64,000 nucleotides of DNA, from NCBI GenBank assembly GCA_038064735.1, contig JBBTSI010000003.1, forward strand, positions 90,525 to 154,524. The letters are read 5' to 3'. Below, in pieces: positions 1-9,431 of the stretch. Every line of letters starts with the position of its first letter. Positions within the stretch are counted from its first letter, which is position 1. The translations under genes and the position numbers were made by a program. The notes beneath the pieces were generated by a model. That model did no database searches and was not told the DNA's origin. It worked only from the letters and a program-made list of their open reading frames with translations. The DNA is from Patescibacteria group bacterium. Lineage in GTDB: Bacteria; Patescibacteriota; Minisyncoccia; Phycocordibacterales; WO2-35-19.

Positions 1-29
1 AAACAGAAAGGGATTTTGAGATTGGAAAA

Positions 30-1373
30 TTGATACAAGAATTTGAAAATCTGCAAGAAGAAAAAAAGACGGTGACTATCGCTGGTCGAGTGATGGCTTT
101 GCGTACCCAAGGAGCTATCGCTTTTGTTGATCTTTTTGATGGGACAGGAAAGTTTCAAATATTTTTTAAAAAAGGTGAAAATATTTCTGAAAAAGATTTT
201 GATTTATTTATAGAAACTGCAGATATCGGGGATTTCATAGAAGCAACGGGAACGCTTTTCGTAACCAAGAGAGAAGAGAAAACTCTGGAAGTTTCCAAAT
301 GGAAAATGCTTACTAAAAGTTTGAGACCTTTGCCAGAAAAGTGGCATGGTCTCACTGATATGGAAGAGCGTTATCGCAGACGTTATTTGGATTTATTAAT
401 GAATGAAGAACTCAGGGACCTTATCGTTAAAAAATCACAGTTTTGGGATGTTGCCAGAAACTTCATGAAAGAAAGAGACTTTTTGGAAGTGGAAACACCA
501 ACTTTGGAAATTACTACTGGAGGTGCGGAAGCCAAACCTTTCAAAACCCATCACAATGATTTTGATTTGGATATGTATTTGCGAATTTCTGTTGGTGAAC
601 TTTGGCAAAAGCGACTTATGGCTGGTGGATTTCCCAAAACTTTTGAAATTGGTCGAATATACAGGAACGAAGGCACGTCTCCGGAACATTTGCAGGAATT
701 TACCAATTTGGAATTTTATTGGGGCTATGCTGATTATCGCGATGGTATGAAATTGGTCAAAGAAATGTATTTGGATATTGCCCAAAAAGTTTTTGGTAAA
801 ACTCAATTTGAAAATAATGGACATACTTTTGATTTAGCAGATGAATGGCAGGAAATTGATTACTCAAAAGAAATAGAAAAACAAACCGGTATCAATATTG
901 AAACAGCGAACGAGATTGAGATGAAAGCAAAATGTAGTGAACTCAAAATCACATACCAAGGAGAAAACAGGGAACGGCTCATAGATACTTTATGGAAATA
1001 TTGCAGGAAAAATATTTCAGGTCCGGCTTTCCTTATTAATCATCCAATTATCGTTGCACCACTGGCTAAAAGAATTCCGGGTAAAAATATTGCTCAAGAA
1101 TTTCAGCCAATTATTGCTGGCAGTGAAGTAGGTAGAGGTTATTCGGAGCTTAATGACCCTAGTGATCAAAGAGAGCGATTTGAAATTCAAGGTAGACTCA
1201 TGGAAGCCGGTGATGAAGAAGCGATGATGCCTGATTTGGAATTTGTAGAAATGTTGGAGTATGGTATGCCACCAACTTGTGGTTTTGGATTTGGTGAAAG
1301 ACTCTTTGCTATCCTTGCTGGCAAACCTTTGCGTGAACTTCAAACTTTCCCTCTTATGAGACCCAAAGATTAA
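30..1373 (+). CDS. lysS: Lysyl-tRNA synthetase (class II); ORF begins with TTG at 30, true start may lie upstream of the window
   Basis: N-terminal OB-fold anticodon-binding region and class II catalytic core motifs in the 447-aa translation; length is short of the typical ~490 aa, so 5' end is probably cut by the window. Confidence 0.88.
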   Translation: MIQEFENLQEEKKTVTIAGRVMALRTQGAIAFVDLFDGTGKFQIFFKKGENISEKDFDLFIETADIGDFIEATGTLFVTKREEKTLEVSKWKMLTKSLRPLPEKWHGLTDMEERYRRRYLDLLMNEELRDLIVKKSQFWDVARNFMKERDFLEVETPTLEITTGGAEAKPFKTHHNDFDLDMYLRISVGELWQKRLMAGGFPKTFEIGRIYRNEGTSPEHLQEFTNLEFYWGYADYRDGMKLVKEMYLDIAQKVFGKTQFENNGHTFDLADEWQEIDYSKEIEKQTGINIETANEIEMKAKCSELKITYQGENRERLIDTLWKYCRKNISGPAFLINHPIIVAPLAKRIPGKNIAQEFQPIIAGSEVGRGYSELNDPSDQRERFEIQGRLMEAGDEEAMMPDLEFVEMLEYGMPPTCGFGFGERLFAILAGKPLRELQTFPLMRPKD

Positions 1374-1387
1374 AAAATAAAGAACTT

Positions 1388-1431
1388 GCCCACACACTAT
1401 TTTAAAATAGTGTGTGGGCTTGTTTTTTTTC
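1388..1431 (+). terminator. Rho-independent terminator after lysS
   Basis: cccacacactatt-ttaaa-atagtgtgtggg perfect hairpin followed by a T8 run. Confidence 0.8.
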
Positions 1432-1539
1432 TTCTAATGTGGTAGGAAGTAATAGGATTTTGTACGTTGACAATTAAATAGTAAGTCAACGTAATGTAAA
1501 AATTACAACAATCTAATTTCTTGAAAGGCAGGTAAAAAT

Positions 1540-2427
1540 ATGCGAAAAATGGGGATTTTCCTTGTTTTTTTGGTAATTTTGGCGTTTAGTGGTGTGATTT
1601 TGGCTAATGAACCACCAGAGGTAGTTCCTTCGGTGCCAGATCCATTACCTTTACGTAAGACTCATGTTGAAGGTAGTGGGCAGGGGATTGCATTATTTGA
1701 ACATGGTACCGATGTTACCGGTGGTTTCAGTGTTGGCAACAACTCTGGGGCATACAACGGCGATGGATCTTGTGACCCACTCGGACAACTTAATCTACTT
1801 GATTTTTCAAGTGGAGCTAGTAATCTAGGTGAAAAAAATGCCGATAGTTTTTCCAGTGTTTTTACTGATGCTAGAGTGAAAACTGTTGGTACATCAAATT
1901 CCGAAGGAAATATTCAAGCGTCTTTTAGACAGGCGAATTGGGCGGAGGTTGGCAATTCAGATGAAAATAATTTTTCGTTTGCTGGTAACAACACTGGCGG
2001 TGCGTTAGATATTTCACAGGAAAATCCCGAAGGGGACGTAGACCTGTGTGGTATCGGTGGGGCTGGTGGTAATTCCAATGTCTCAATGACGGAAACAGCA
2101 ACATCTAAAGAGGCTTACTCTCAAACATCTGGCGGTTCATTCGCTGAGACAAGTCCTGGTGACGGGACGCGTCTTGTTGATGGAAGCGGTGGAGTCAGTT
2201 TGGCGAGAGAGCTTGGCCAATCAAGTGATCCTGTTTACGCTTATGGTGGAGCAACTGGTTTATCTAATTATTCGGTTATAACCAATAATCCAACAGGAGC
2301 TGCAGGAACGGTCAACTTGACCGGTAATGTTGTATTAACACATGAGGGCAATTCGGTTACTTCAACTGTAAACCAGAGGTCTGGTGCCACAATAATTCCT
2401 TGTGGTGGAGATTCTTGTCCTCATTAA
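1540..2427 (+). CDS. Secreted Gly/Ser/Asn/Thr-rich low-complexity protein with signal peptide, C-terminal CGGDSC
   Basis: Hydrophobic N-terminus MRKMGIFLVFLVILAFSGVILA; SD aaagg upstream; composition dominated by G/S/N/T with degenerate GN/SG repeats. Confidence 0.6.
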   Translation: MRKMGIFLVFLVILAFSGVILANEPPEVVPSVPDPLPLRKTHVEGSGQGIALFEHGTDVTGGFSVGNNSGAYNGDGSCDPLGQLNLLDFSSGASNLGEKNADSFSSVFTDARVKTVGTSNSEGNIQASFRQANWAEVGNSDENNFSFAGNNTGGALDISQENPEGDVDLCGIGGAGGNSNVSMTETATSKEAYSQTSGGSFAETSPGDGTRLVDGSGGVSLARELGQSSDPVYAYGGATGLSNYSVITNNPTGAAGTVNLTGNVVLTHEGNSVTSTVNQRSGATIIPCGGDSCPH

Positions 2428-2502
2428 CGTAACATGAAAATTTTGAGGAGTCCCCGAATTTATTTCGGGGACATTCCTCTCGAAAGGAGAAACAAAGTGA
2501 TT

Positions 2503-3834
2503 ATGAAAAAAGGTATCATTTTGTACTTTTTGTTTTTAACAACTTGTTGGTCGTTATTTGCTCAAGAAAGCAATCCGGCCAACAACGCCGATTCTGAATC
2601 AAATGCTGTAATCATTTTTAATGATAACAGCAAAAATACTTCTTTACCCGATCTTATTGGTGCGACACCTGGTGTTGCAGGAAGTTTATTACCTAATTAT
2701 TTCTATGAAAAAGGGGAATGGAAAATTTATTTTCCAGCTGTCTCCAATTTACAAGAAATGACTCGGGAACAAATTGGTAATATGATTGGGAGGCCTGTGA
2801 AAGTCAACAAAAAGGCCAAGATGTTATCCAATAATATGAGAAAAAAGGTTAAGGGGACAATTTACAAAAAAGGTAATTGTACTCAAAAACCTTTGTCTAT
2901 CCATTTAACCAACTATCCTATAAAAATGCATACTGAGCCTGGAGATGAAATTTGGGCTACTGTGATGATAGAGGGTGAACATGGTTGGCCAAGAGAAAAA
3001 TATCTAGCTATGGCTGATGCCTGGAGTTATGATGAAAATATCTGTTCTAATAGAGCATCGGTCATTACGATGGATTTGGCTGAAGGTGTCACCAGGGGCC
3101 GTTCAATCGGTTTTGGTGGTGCTGGGGCTACTCCAATAGATACTAGTGGCACTGCTGCTGCTGTTGGTGGATTTATTGGCACAAACAGAGGTAGAAGAGA
3201 AGTTAAACCGGTTTTTGAAGTAGCTTTCTTAAACGAGGGTCCCTTTTTAGCTACGGTCAAAAAAGACGACGATAATGGAGATGGATCTAAAAAGAATGTT
3301 TTAATTCCACCACTATCTTTATCGGAAAATCCAACGATGAGTTATTTGAAAAAGATGGCAGAAGACATGGCTGATATTGCAAAAAATCTCAGTATGCCAC
3401 CAGTCATCAACATCAATAACGTACCGGCAACGAATTTACCTCCTTTGTCTCCACCAGCTTTGCAACAAGCAGTGCAAATATCTGGTGATGACAAGCAATG
3501 TTCTGGTCTACCTCCGTTTGAAATATTATTTGATTTTAACAAATCAGATGTAAAAACGGAGTACTTATCAGACATAAGACGATTTTCTGAGTGGCAAAAG
3601 AGTCACAAAGGTTGTCGTCTGCAAGTTGAAGGTCATACCTGTTCCGTTGGCTCTATAAGTTATAATGCCAATTTGGCTCGCAACAGAGCAAAATCGGTTT
3701 ATGATTTGTTTGTGGCTGATGGTGTCACATTGGAACAATTTGTCTCTTTAAGTAAGGACAAAGCGACCAGTGAACGTAATCCAAAAGATCGCCGGGTGAT
3801 CGTCCGAATTATCGGCAATACATCCGGAAAATAG
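2503..3834 (+). CDS. OmpA-family C-terminal domain protein (peptidoglycan-associated), signal peptide; ORF track starts at 2434 but MKKGIILYFLFL at 2503 follows an AGGAG
   Basis: C-terminal FDFNKSDV...LQVEGHTCSVGSISYNANLARNRAKSVYDLFVADGV...RRVIVRI matches the OmpA-like domain pattern. Confidence 0.72.
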   Translation: MKKGIILYFLFLTTCWSLFAQESNPANNADSESNAVIIFNDNSKNTSLPDLIGATPGVAGSLLPNYFYEKGEWKIYFPAVSNLQEMTREQIGNMIGRPVKVNKKAKMLSNNMRKKVKGTIYKKGNCTQKPLSIHLTNYPIKMHTEPGDEIWATVMIEGEHGWPREKYLAMADAWSYDENICSNRASVITMDLAEGVTRGRSIGFGGAGATPIDTSGTAAAVGGFIGTNRGRREVKPVFEVAFLNEGPFLATVKKDDDNGDGSKKNVLIPPLSLSENPTMSYLKKMAEDMADIAKNLSMPPVININNVPATNLPPLSPPALQQAVQISGDDKQCSGLPPFEILFDFNKSDVKTEYLSDIRRFSEWQKSHKGCRLQVEGHTCSVGSISYNANLARNRAKSVYDLFVADGVTLEQFVSLSKDKATSERNPKDRRVIVRIIGNTSGK

Positions 3835-3937
3835 TATGAACAAAAAAAACAATTTGGCGGGCCTCATATGAGGTCCGCCAGAAATTCCAGCTCGGATGAG
3901 CGGAATTCAAAGCCCGAATGGGCAAAAAGGAGAAGAG

Positions 3938-4768
3938 ATGAAAAAGGCATTTTTGTTTTTATTTGTGGTAATGTTTGTTTTGATTAATGTTGTTATTGCC
4001 GGTGAAGCCGAGATCAAAGGCTACGAGCCCGGAAAATATTCAGCTTTAAAAAGCGATATTGCCAAACAGCTTTCGCAAAAAATTATCAGACCTCTACGAG
4101 AGGAATTTTCTCGGATCAAAGATGGTCAGATAGAAATTACAGTTGTGGGTTTTGCCGATAAAACTGGGATTTCAGCGGAAAATGAAAACCTTAGCAAAAA
4201 CAGAGCAGAAGAAGTTTCATCTGTTTTATCCGAAGAATTCCCGACTGCACACATCATCAAAAAAACTGGTGGTGATGAAGCAGATATTCGGATGGTGGTA
4301 GTAGAGTGGACAGTAAAACTTCCACTCCAAAATGGACAAATTCAAAAAAACTCGGCAGAGACGAAAAAACTATTTTCATCTCTATTTGCCAGATTTGTTG
4401 GTATAGCGATAGCTATAATCTTAATATGGATTGTTGTGTTTGTTTCCAGACCGAAGAAATCTAAAAAATCTGTCGTTCTGGATAAAGATCAACCTTCCGC
4501 TTTCAAAGAAGTGGTAAAGTTGGTGGAAGTGTCTTGTGGAGAAGAGCTGTATTCCATACCTGTGACTCTAAAAGCAGATGGAAAATGGCACTCAGCCATT
4601 CCGGATATGAGTGATCCAGACAAGTATTTATTCGGGGAAAGTCTCGGAGATCTGGTTAATATGCTGAGGCGCTGTTCGAAGGATAAAAGAAGATTCTTTT
4701 ATGGTCCAAAATTCGAAAATTTTGCCAAAAAAGGAATCATAAAAAAATGGAAAATAGAAAAGGAGTGA
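3938..4768 (+). CDS. Bitopic membrane protein with OmpA-like periplasmic domain, single TM and C-terminal cytoplasmic domain (ORF track 3896; MKKAFLF start has strong AGGAG)
   Basis: ITVVGFADKTGISAENENLSKNRAEEV OmpA-like signature; TM FVGIAIAIILIWIVVFV. Confidence 0.6.
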   Translation: MKKAFLFLFVVMFVLINVVIAGEAEIKGYEPGKYSALKSDIAKQLSQKIIRPLREEFSRIKDGQIEITVVGFADKTGISAENENLSKNRAEEVSSVLSEEFPTAHIIKKTGGDEADIRMVVVEWTVKLPLQNGQIQKNSAETKKLFSSLFARFVGIAIAIILIWIVVFVSRPKKSKKSVVLDKDQPSAFKEVVKLVEVSCGEELYSIPVTLKADGKWHSAIPDMSDPDKYLFGESLGDLVNMLRRCSKDKRRFFYGPKFENFAKKGIIKKWKIEKE

Positions 4769-4771
4769 ATC

Positions 4772-5380
4772 ATGATAACTGATAGGATTTGGAAGTATAT
4801 GTTTTTTTGTTTGACAATCATTATCTTAGCCGGTTGTGCGTTTTTATTTTCGGACAATCGTACTACCGATCAGAAAATTGTTAATCCGAAAATCAAAATT
4901 GATATCCAACAAAAGGCCAAGGTCGAATCCAAAGAAGACTTTTTGGTAAAAAAGATTAATTTGGCGACGGTTGGCAAAGGTGAAGGCATAGAACATGCTT
5001 TCATCCGGCAGCTTATTGCCAATCCTGCACAGTTTGGATTTGAAGGATATGTTAGTAATACTGTCTTGGTAAAAAAATGGGCACAAAAAGAGGCCCACAA
5101 GATTGCCATCTGCGCCGGTTTCTTTGATTGGAAGTTTGGTGGCGAAATCAGGGTAAGAAAATCTGATACAGTGGCGTATGTTCTTTCTAGAAATACTTCC
5201 GGTATTTCTGTTGAAGAGTTTGTGAAAGGTGATAATGGTTTTTCTCAGTATGCACAGGACATACAAGAAATCACAGACTCTTATACACAAGCTAAATTTC
5301 TTGCTCATGAGGACGAGGCTGGAAATTTTGTAGCTTCATCGTCTTATGAGTACTTTCAGCTGCCGATAACGCAGCAATAG
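4772..5380 (+). CDS. Putative lipoprotein (LAGC lipobox after hydrophobic N-terminus)
   Basis: MITDRIWKYMFFCLTIIILAGC; SD aaggagtg 6 nt upstream; 4-nt gap to preceding gene suggests an operon. Confidence 0.5.
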   Translation: MITDRIWKYMFFCLTIIILAGCAFLFSDNRTTDQKIVNPKIKIDIQQKAKVESKEDFLVKKINLATVGKGEGIEHAFIRQLIANPAQFGFEGYVSNTVLVKKWAQKEAHKIAICAGFFDWKFGGEIRVRKSDTVAYVLSRNTSGISVEEFVKGDNGFSQYAQDIQEITDSYTQAKFLAHEDEAGNFVASSSYEYFQLPITQQ

Positions 5381-5604
5381 AAATTTGTTCTTTCGCGTTT
5401 TATTGATTATCAATCTTTGTTAATTTAAAAATGTAATTTTTGTTTTTTAGACGGTTGCTCGTATGAGTGCCGAAAAAAGGAGTCCGTATGGATTCTTGTT
5501 CAAATGTCCGAATGGATTTTGAACCGCTCGTATGAGCGTCTGGAAAACTTAAAAAGCTTTTGAAAATTAGCAAAAGATTTGTCTAGTTGCAGGAAGCGCA
5601 ACAA

Positions 5605-5638
5605 AGGGGGCAGGATTTCCAAATCCGCCCCTTTTTTA
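5605..5638 (+). terminator. Rho-independent terminator in the mraZ upstream region
   Basis: gggggcaggattt/aaatccgcccc hairpin followed by TTTTTT. Confidence 0.6.
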
Positions 5639-5673
5639 GTGCCTAAATTTATAGATAAAATCGACTTATGCAC

Positions 5674-5750
5674 TTATCCACAGTAACAAAGTGGTATACA
5701 AAGATATCATAGTGGTATAAAATGGTTTCAAGTGGGAAAAAGTGGGGCTT
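5674..5750 (+). promoter_or_regulatory. DnaA box (TTATCCACA) plus four GTGG(G) repeats spaced ~10/20/21 bp (MraZ-type operator) upstream of mraZ
   Basis: TTATCCACA at 5674-5682; GTGG at 5691, 5712, 5732, 5742 in helical phase. Confidence 0.5.
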
Positions 5751-5854
5751 ATTTTTAGGGAGCGGAGCGACCATAAAAATAGCCTGCAAAATTAATTGAA
5801 AATTAATTTTGTGCAGAGGTTCAATATTATTCGCTTCGATTAAGACTTGCTCAC

Positions 5855-6292
5855 ATGCTCATAGGAGAATACACGCATACTATAGACGACAAGAACAGAG
5901 TTTCTCTGCCGTCTAAGTTTCGTTCTCTCATGGGCAAGAAGATTGTGATAACGCCGGGTTTGGATCAGTGTCTGTTTGCTTTCACTGTAAAGGAGTGGGA
6001 AAAGATTGCTGGCAGGCTTAGTGAAAATGCTTCGATGCTTTCTGCTGACATGCGTAGCTTCACCAGATATATGTTTGGCGGAGCCAGTGAAGTAGAAGTA
6101 GATAATATCGGACGAGTTTTGGTTCCGGATTTCCTAAGGGAGCGTGCCAACCTCAAAACCAAAGTGGTTTTGATTGGAGTACAAAACCGAGTGGAAATAT
6201 GGAACGAAAAATCGTGGACCGATTATAAGAGACAAGTGGAGAAACAAGCCGATGGCTTGGCCGAAAAATTATCAGGCCTAGGCATAATGTAA
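5855..6292 (+). CDS. mraZ: Transcriptional regulator MraZ
   Basis: MLIGEYTHTIDDKNRVSLPSKFR and duplicated MraZ/SpoVT-AbrB-like halves; precedes rsmH. Confidence 0.9.
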   Translation: MLIGEYTHTIDDKNRVSLPSKFRSLMGKKIVITPGLDQCLFAFTVKEWEKIAGRLSENASMLSADMRSFTRYMFGGASEVEVDNIGRVLVPDFLRERANLKTKVVLIGVQNRVEIWNEKSWTDYKRQVEKQADGLAEKLSGLGIM

Positions 6293-6302
6293 AGCCACAT
6301 TT

Positions 6303-7202
6303 ATGGCTCACGAAAGTGTTCTTTTAAAAGAAGTAATAGAAGGTCTTTCATTCCAAGATGGAGACATATATCTGGATGCTACTGTTGGTAGTGGCGGACA
6401 TATGGAAGCTGTTTGGAAAAAAATGAAAGAAAGGGTGACTCTTTGCGGTATTGACGCAGACGAAACTTCTATCTCAATAGCCAGAGAAAAATTGGATCTA
6501 TCAGGCGCTAAACCGAAACTTTCCGTACTTAATTTCAGAAATATTGATAAAGCACCGGAAATATTCGGAATTTCTGCCCCGACAAAAATACTTTTTGATC
6601 TTGGTTGGAGCAGAGATCAGTTTGATGAAGGAGGCAGGGGTTTTAGTTTTCAAAAAGACGAACCGCTGGTCATGACTTTCAAAGATAATCCCGACGAAGA
6701 CGACACTACCGCTTATGATGTGGTGAACGAATGGAGTGAAGAAAATCTGGCCGATGTGATATTTGGTTACGGTGAAGAGAAGTATGCCAGAAGAATTGCC
6801 AAAGCCATAGTGAAGGAAAGAGCTTTGAGACCGATAAAGACTTCAAAAGTGCTGGCCGAAATCGTGAAAGCTTCCGTCCCTGTATTTTACCGATTTGGCA
6901 GGATTCATCCCGCTACCAAGACTTTCCAAGCCATCCGGATAGCAGTCAACGATGAACTGAAGGCTTTGGAGGAAGGGGTAAGGAAAGGGTTTGGAATTTT
7001 GGATAAAGAAGGGTTACTCGCAGTGATTTCCTTTCATAGTTTGGAAGACAGGATAGTTAAGAGATTTTTTAAGACACTTGTCTCTGAAGAAAAGGCGCAA
7101 CTTATCAATAAAAAACCCATTATCGCAAGTGAAGAAGAATTAAATATCAATCCAAGGGCCAGAAGCGCAAAATTAAGAATCATTCAAAAAATTTCAGAAT
7201 AA
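6303..7202 (+). CDS. rsmH: 16S rRNA (cytosine1402-N4)-methyltransferase RsmH/MraW
   Basis: SAM-binding DATVGSGGH motif; dcw cluster position. Confidence 0.9.
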   Translation: MAHESVLLKEVIEGLSFQDGDIYLDATVGSGGHMEAVWKKMKERVTLCGIDADETSISIAREKLDLSGAKPKLSVLNFRNIDKAPEIFGISAPTKILFDLGWSRDQFDEGGRGFSFQKDEPLVMTFKDNPDEDDTTAYDVVNEWSEENLADVIFGYGEEKYARRIAKAIVKERALRPIKTSKVLAEIVKASVPVFYRFGRIHPATKTFQAIRIAVNDELKALEEGVRKGFGILDKEGLLAVISFHSLEDRIVKRFFKTLVSEEKAQLINKKPIIASEEELNINPRARSAKLRIIQKISE

Positions 7203-7212
7203 AAGCAAAAAT

Positions 7213-7539
7213 ATGATTAATATAATAAAACAAAAAGCTGAAGTGATGGTGATGCATAGAGCCACCAAATATGCTCTCATATTCTTTATTTTTGCTGCCA
7301 CTATATTTTATATGTATTTCGTCAATCTCACTGTCCGCACTTTGACTGTGCTTGAAAGAACTAAAGATCAGATGCAATCTTTAAGTGTTTTGGTTAGTGA
7401 AATGGAATCAAAGCGTCTGAGTATTGAAAACAGTGTTAGTACCGAAAAAGCCCTTAATGCTGGTTTTGTGGAAGTAAACAATCCTATATTTATAATGAGA
7501 AATCAAAGTGGAGTTACACTTTCTCTCAAAACAGATTAA
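7213..7539 (+). CDS. ftsL: FtsL-like cell-division protein (single TM plus coiled coil)
   Basis: Small bitopic protein between rsmH and ftsI; TM ALIFFIFAATIFYMYFV. Confidence 0.55.
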   Translation: MINIIKQKAEVMVMHRATKYALIFFIFAATIFYMYFVNLTVRTLTVLERTKDQMQSLSVLVSEMESKRLSIENSVSTEKALNAGFVEVNNPIFIMRNQSGVTLSLKTD

Positions 7540-7548
7540 AATATAGAA

Positions 7549-9270
7549 ATGATTGGGAGGATTCGATTTTTATCCGTTATCATAATTCTGGTAGCGCTCA
7601 CGATGTGTGTGCGCTTATATTTCGTGCAAATAGTATATGGAAATTATTTCGTCTCTCAAGCTGAAAGGCAAAATATAAATGATAATACTATTTCATATAA
7701 CCGAGGAGAGATTTATTTTCAAAATCAAGCCGGGGAAGAAATACCAGCTGCCATTTCGAGGACTGGTTTTACCGTAGCTATAAATCCGCAGATTATGAAA
7801 GACCCAGAAGAGGTTTACAAAAGTCTAAGTACAATTTTGGCTTTGGATAGAGCTGAGTTTATGGCTAAAGCCGAGAAAAAAAATCATGTCTATGATGAAA
7901 TTGTCCAACATTTAAATTCGGAAACAGCTGACAAAATAAAAGCTCTCAATCTTTATGGTGTCACTATGTCTACTGATAAATGGCGTTTTTATCCGGGGAA
8001 TTCTTTAGCTTCAAATGTTATCGGTTTCGTGGGGTTCAATGGCGATCAGTTGGCTGGCCGTTATGGTCTTGAGAGATATTATGAAGATGTTCTCAAAATA
8101 GATCCTTCCAAAGCTTACAACAATTTTTTTGCCGAGTTTTTTTCAAATGTTAAAGAAACTTTAAGTGATTTTCCTCAACAAGAAGGTAATATTATTACTA
8201 CCATTGAACCTTCAGTACAGCTTTTTATCGAAAATGAATTAAAAGATACTCGAGACAAATGGGGAAGCAACGAAGCCGGTGGAATTATCATAGACCCAAT
8301 GAGTGGAGAAATAGTCGCCATGGCTTGGTCTCCATCTTTTGATTTAAATAATTTCAAAGAGAGTGATGTTAGTCTTTTTGGTAATCCAATAGTTGAAGGC
8401 AGATACGAAATGGGTTCAATTGTGAAAGCTTTGACTATGTCTATCGGTCTTGATACAGGTAGCGTCACTGCCAAATCAACTTATTATGATACCGGCTGTA
8501 CTACTCTCAATAGCAAGAAAATTTGTAATTATGATGGTGTCGCCAGAGGTACCATACCAATGCAACAAGTCTTGAATCAATCGCTCAATGTTGGTTCGGC
8601 TCATGTAGCACTCACCGTCGGTAAAACAAAATTTGCCGAATATATGAAAAATTTTGGCGTGGGTACGGAGACAGGCATTGATTTGCCAAATGAAGGCTTG
8701 GGCTTAATAAGCAACTTGGATACTGGTAGGGATATTGAAACGGCTACAGCCGCTTATGGTCAAGGTGTGGCTTTCACCCCCATTGCCACTGTGCGGGCGC
8801 TTTCTGCTCTAGCCAATGGCGGTGTTCTTATCACTCCTCACATAGTTAAAAAAATAGAATATCAAAATGGCTTGACCAAAAAAATGTCTTTTGCTCCTGG
8901 TAAGCAAGTTATCAAACCGGAAACTTCAGTAGAAATAACGAGAATGCTCATCAATGTGGTTGACGTGGCTCTGCGCGGTGGCACTGCCAAAATTCCCGGT
9001 TATTCGGTGGCCGCTAAGACCGGCACCGCCCAAATGACTGACGAAGGTCGGCCGGGTTATGTGGAAGGGAAGTACTTACACTCTTTCTTTGGATATTTTC
9101 CAGCTTACAATCCAAAATATTTGGTTTTTCTTTTTCATACTTATCCTAAGGAAGTTAAATATGCTTCCGAAACTTTGACTGATCCATTCCTCAACATCAC
9201 CAAATTCCTTATCAACTATTACCAAATCCCGCCTGATAGGCCGGAAGATGTGACTGTAAAAACTCAATAA
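7549..9270 (+). CDS. ftsI: Penicillin-binding protein (class B transpeptidase FtsI/PBP2-like)
   Basis: SIVK (SxxK), SLN (SxN) and KTGT motifs; N-terminal TM; dimerisation domain. Confidence 0.88.
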   Translation: MIGRIRFLSVIIILVALTMCVRLYFVQIVYGNYFVSQAERQNINDNTISYNRGEIYFQNQAGEEIPAAISRTGFTVAINPQIMKDPEEVYKSLSTILALDRAEFMAKAEKKNHVYDEIVQHLNSETADKIKALNLYGVTMSTDKWRFYPGNSLASNVIGFVGFNGDQLAGRYGLERYYEDVLKIDPSKAYNNFFAEFFSNVKETLSDFPQQEGNIITTIEPSVQLFIENELKDTRDKWGSNEAGGIIIDPMSGEIVAMAWSPSFDLNNFKESDVSLFGNPIVEGRYEMGSIVKALTMSIGLDTGSVTAKSTYYDTGCTTLNSKKICNYDGVARGTIPMQQVLNQSLNVGSAHVALTVGKTKFAEYMKNFGVGTETGIDLPNEGLGLISNLDTGRDIETATAAYGQGVAFTPIATVRALSALANGGVLITPHIVKKIEYQNGLTKKMSFAPGKQVIKPETSVEITRMLINVVDVALRGGTAKIPGYSVAAKTGTAQMTDEGRPGYVEGKYLHSFFGYFPAYNPKYLVFLFHTYPKEVKYASETLTDPFLNITKFLINYYQIPPDRPEDVTVKTQ

Positions 9271-9294
9271 ATTGTGCTATATTTTTGCGGTAAT

Positions 9295-9366
9295 GGCCCT
9301 ATCGTCTAACGGTTAGGACATTGCCTTCTCAAGGCAAGAATCAGAGTTCGATTCTCTGTAGGGTCA
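9295..9366 (+). tRNA. tRNA-Glu (anticodon CTC)
   Basis: Cloverleaf: acceptor GGCCCTA/TAGGGTC (G2-U71 wobble), D-stem GTCT/GGAC, anticodon stem TTGCC/GGCAA with loop TTCTCAA, T-arm AGAG-TTCGATT-CTCT; no encoded CCA. Confidence 0.85.
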
Positions 9367-9431
9367 CAGCAAAATTTGATTACTTTCTATTAACTTATGT
9401 TATAGTCAGGATAGAAGAAAGCGAGGCGTGT

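Noticed and set aside
3855-3880. Hairpin ggcgggcctcatatgaggtccgcc as a terminator
   Set aside because: A T run lies only on the minus-strand side where there is no upstream gene; on the plus strand it lacks a T tract, so it is kept only as a note.
9321-9431. 5' part of ORF 9321..9680
   Set aside because: It overlaps tRNA-Glu (9295-9366); only the portion from the internal ATG at 9432 is plausibly coding, and even that is weak.
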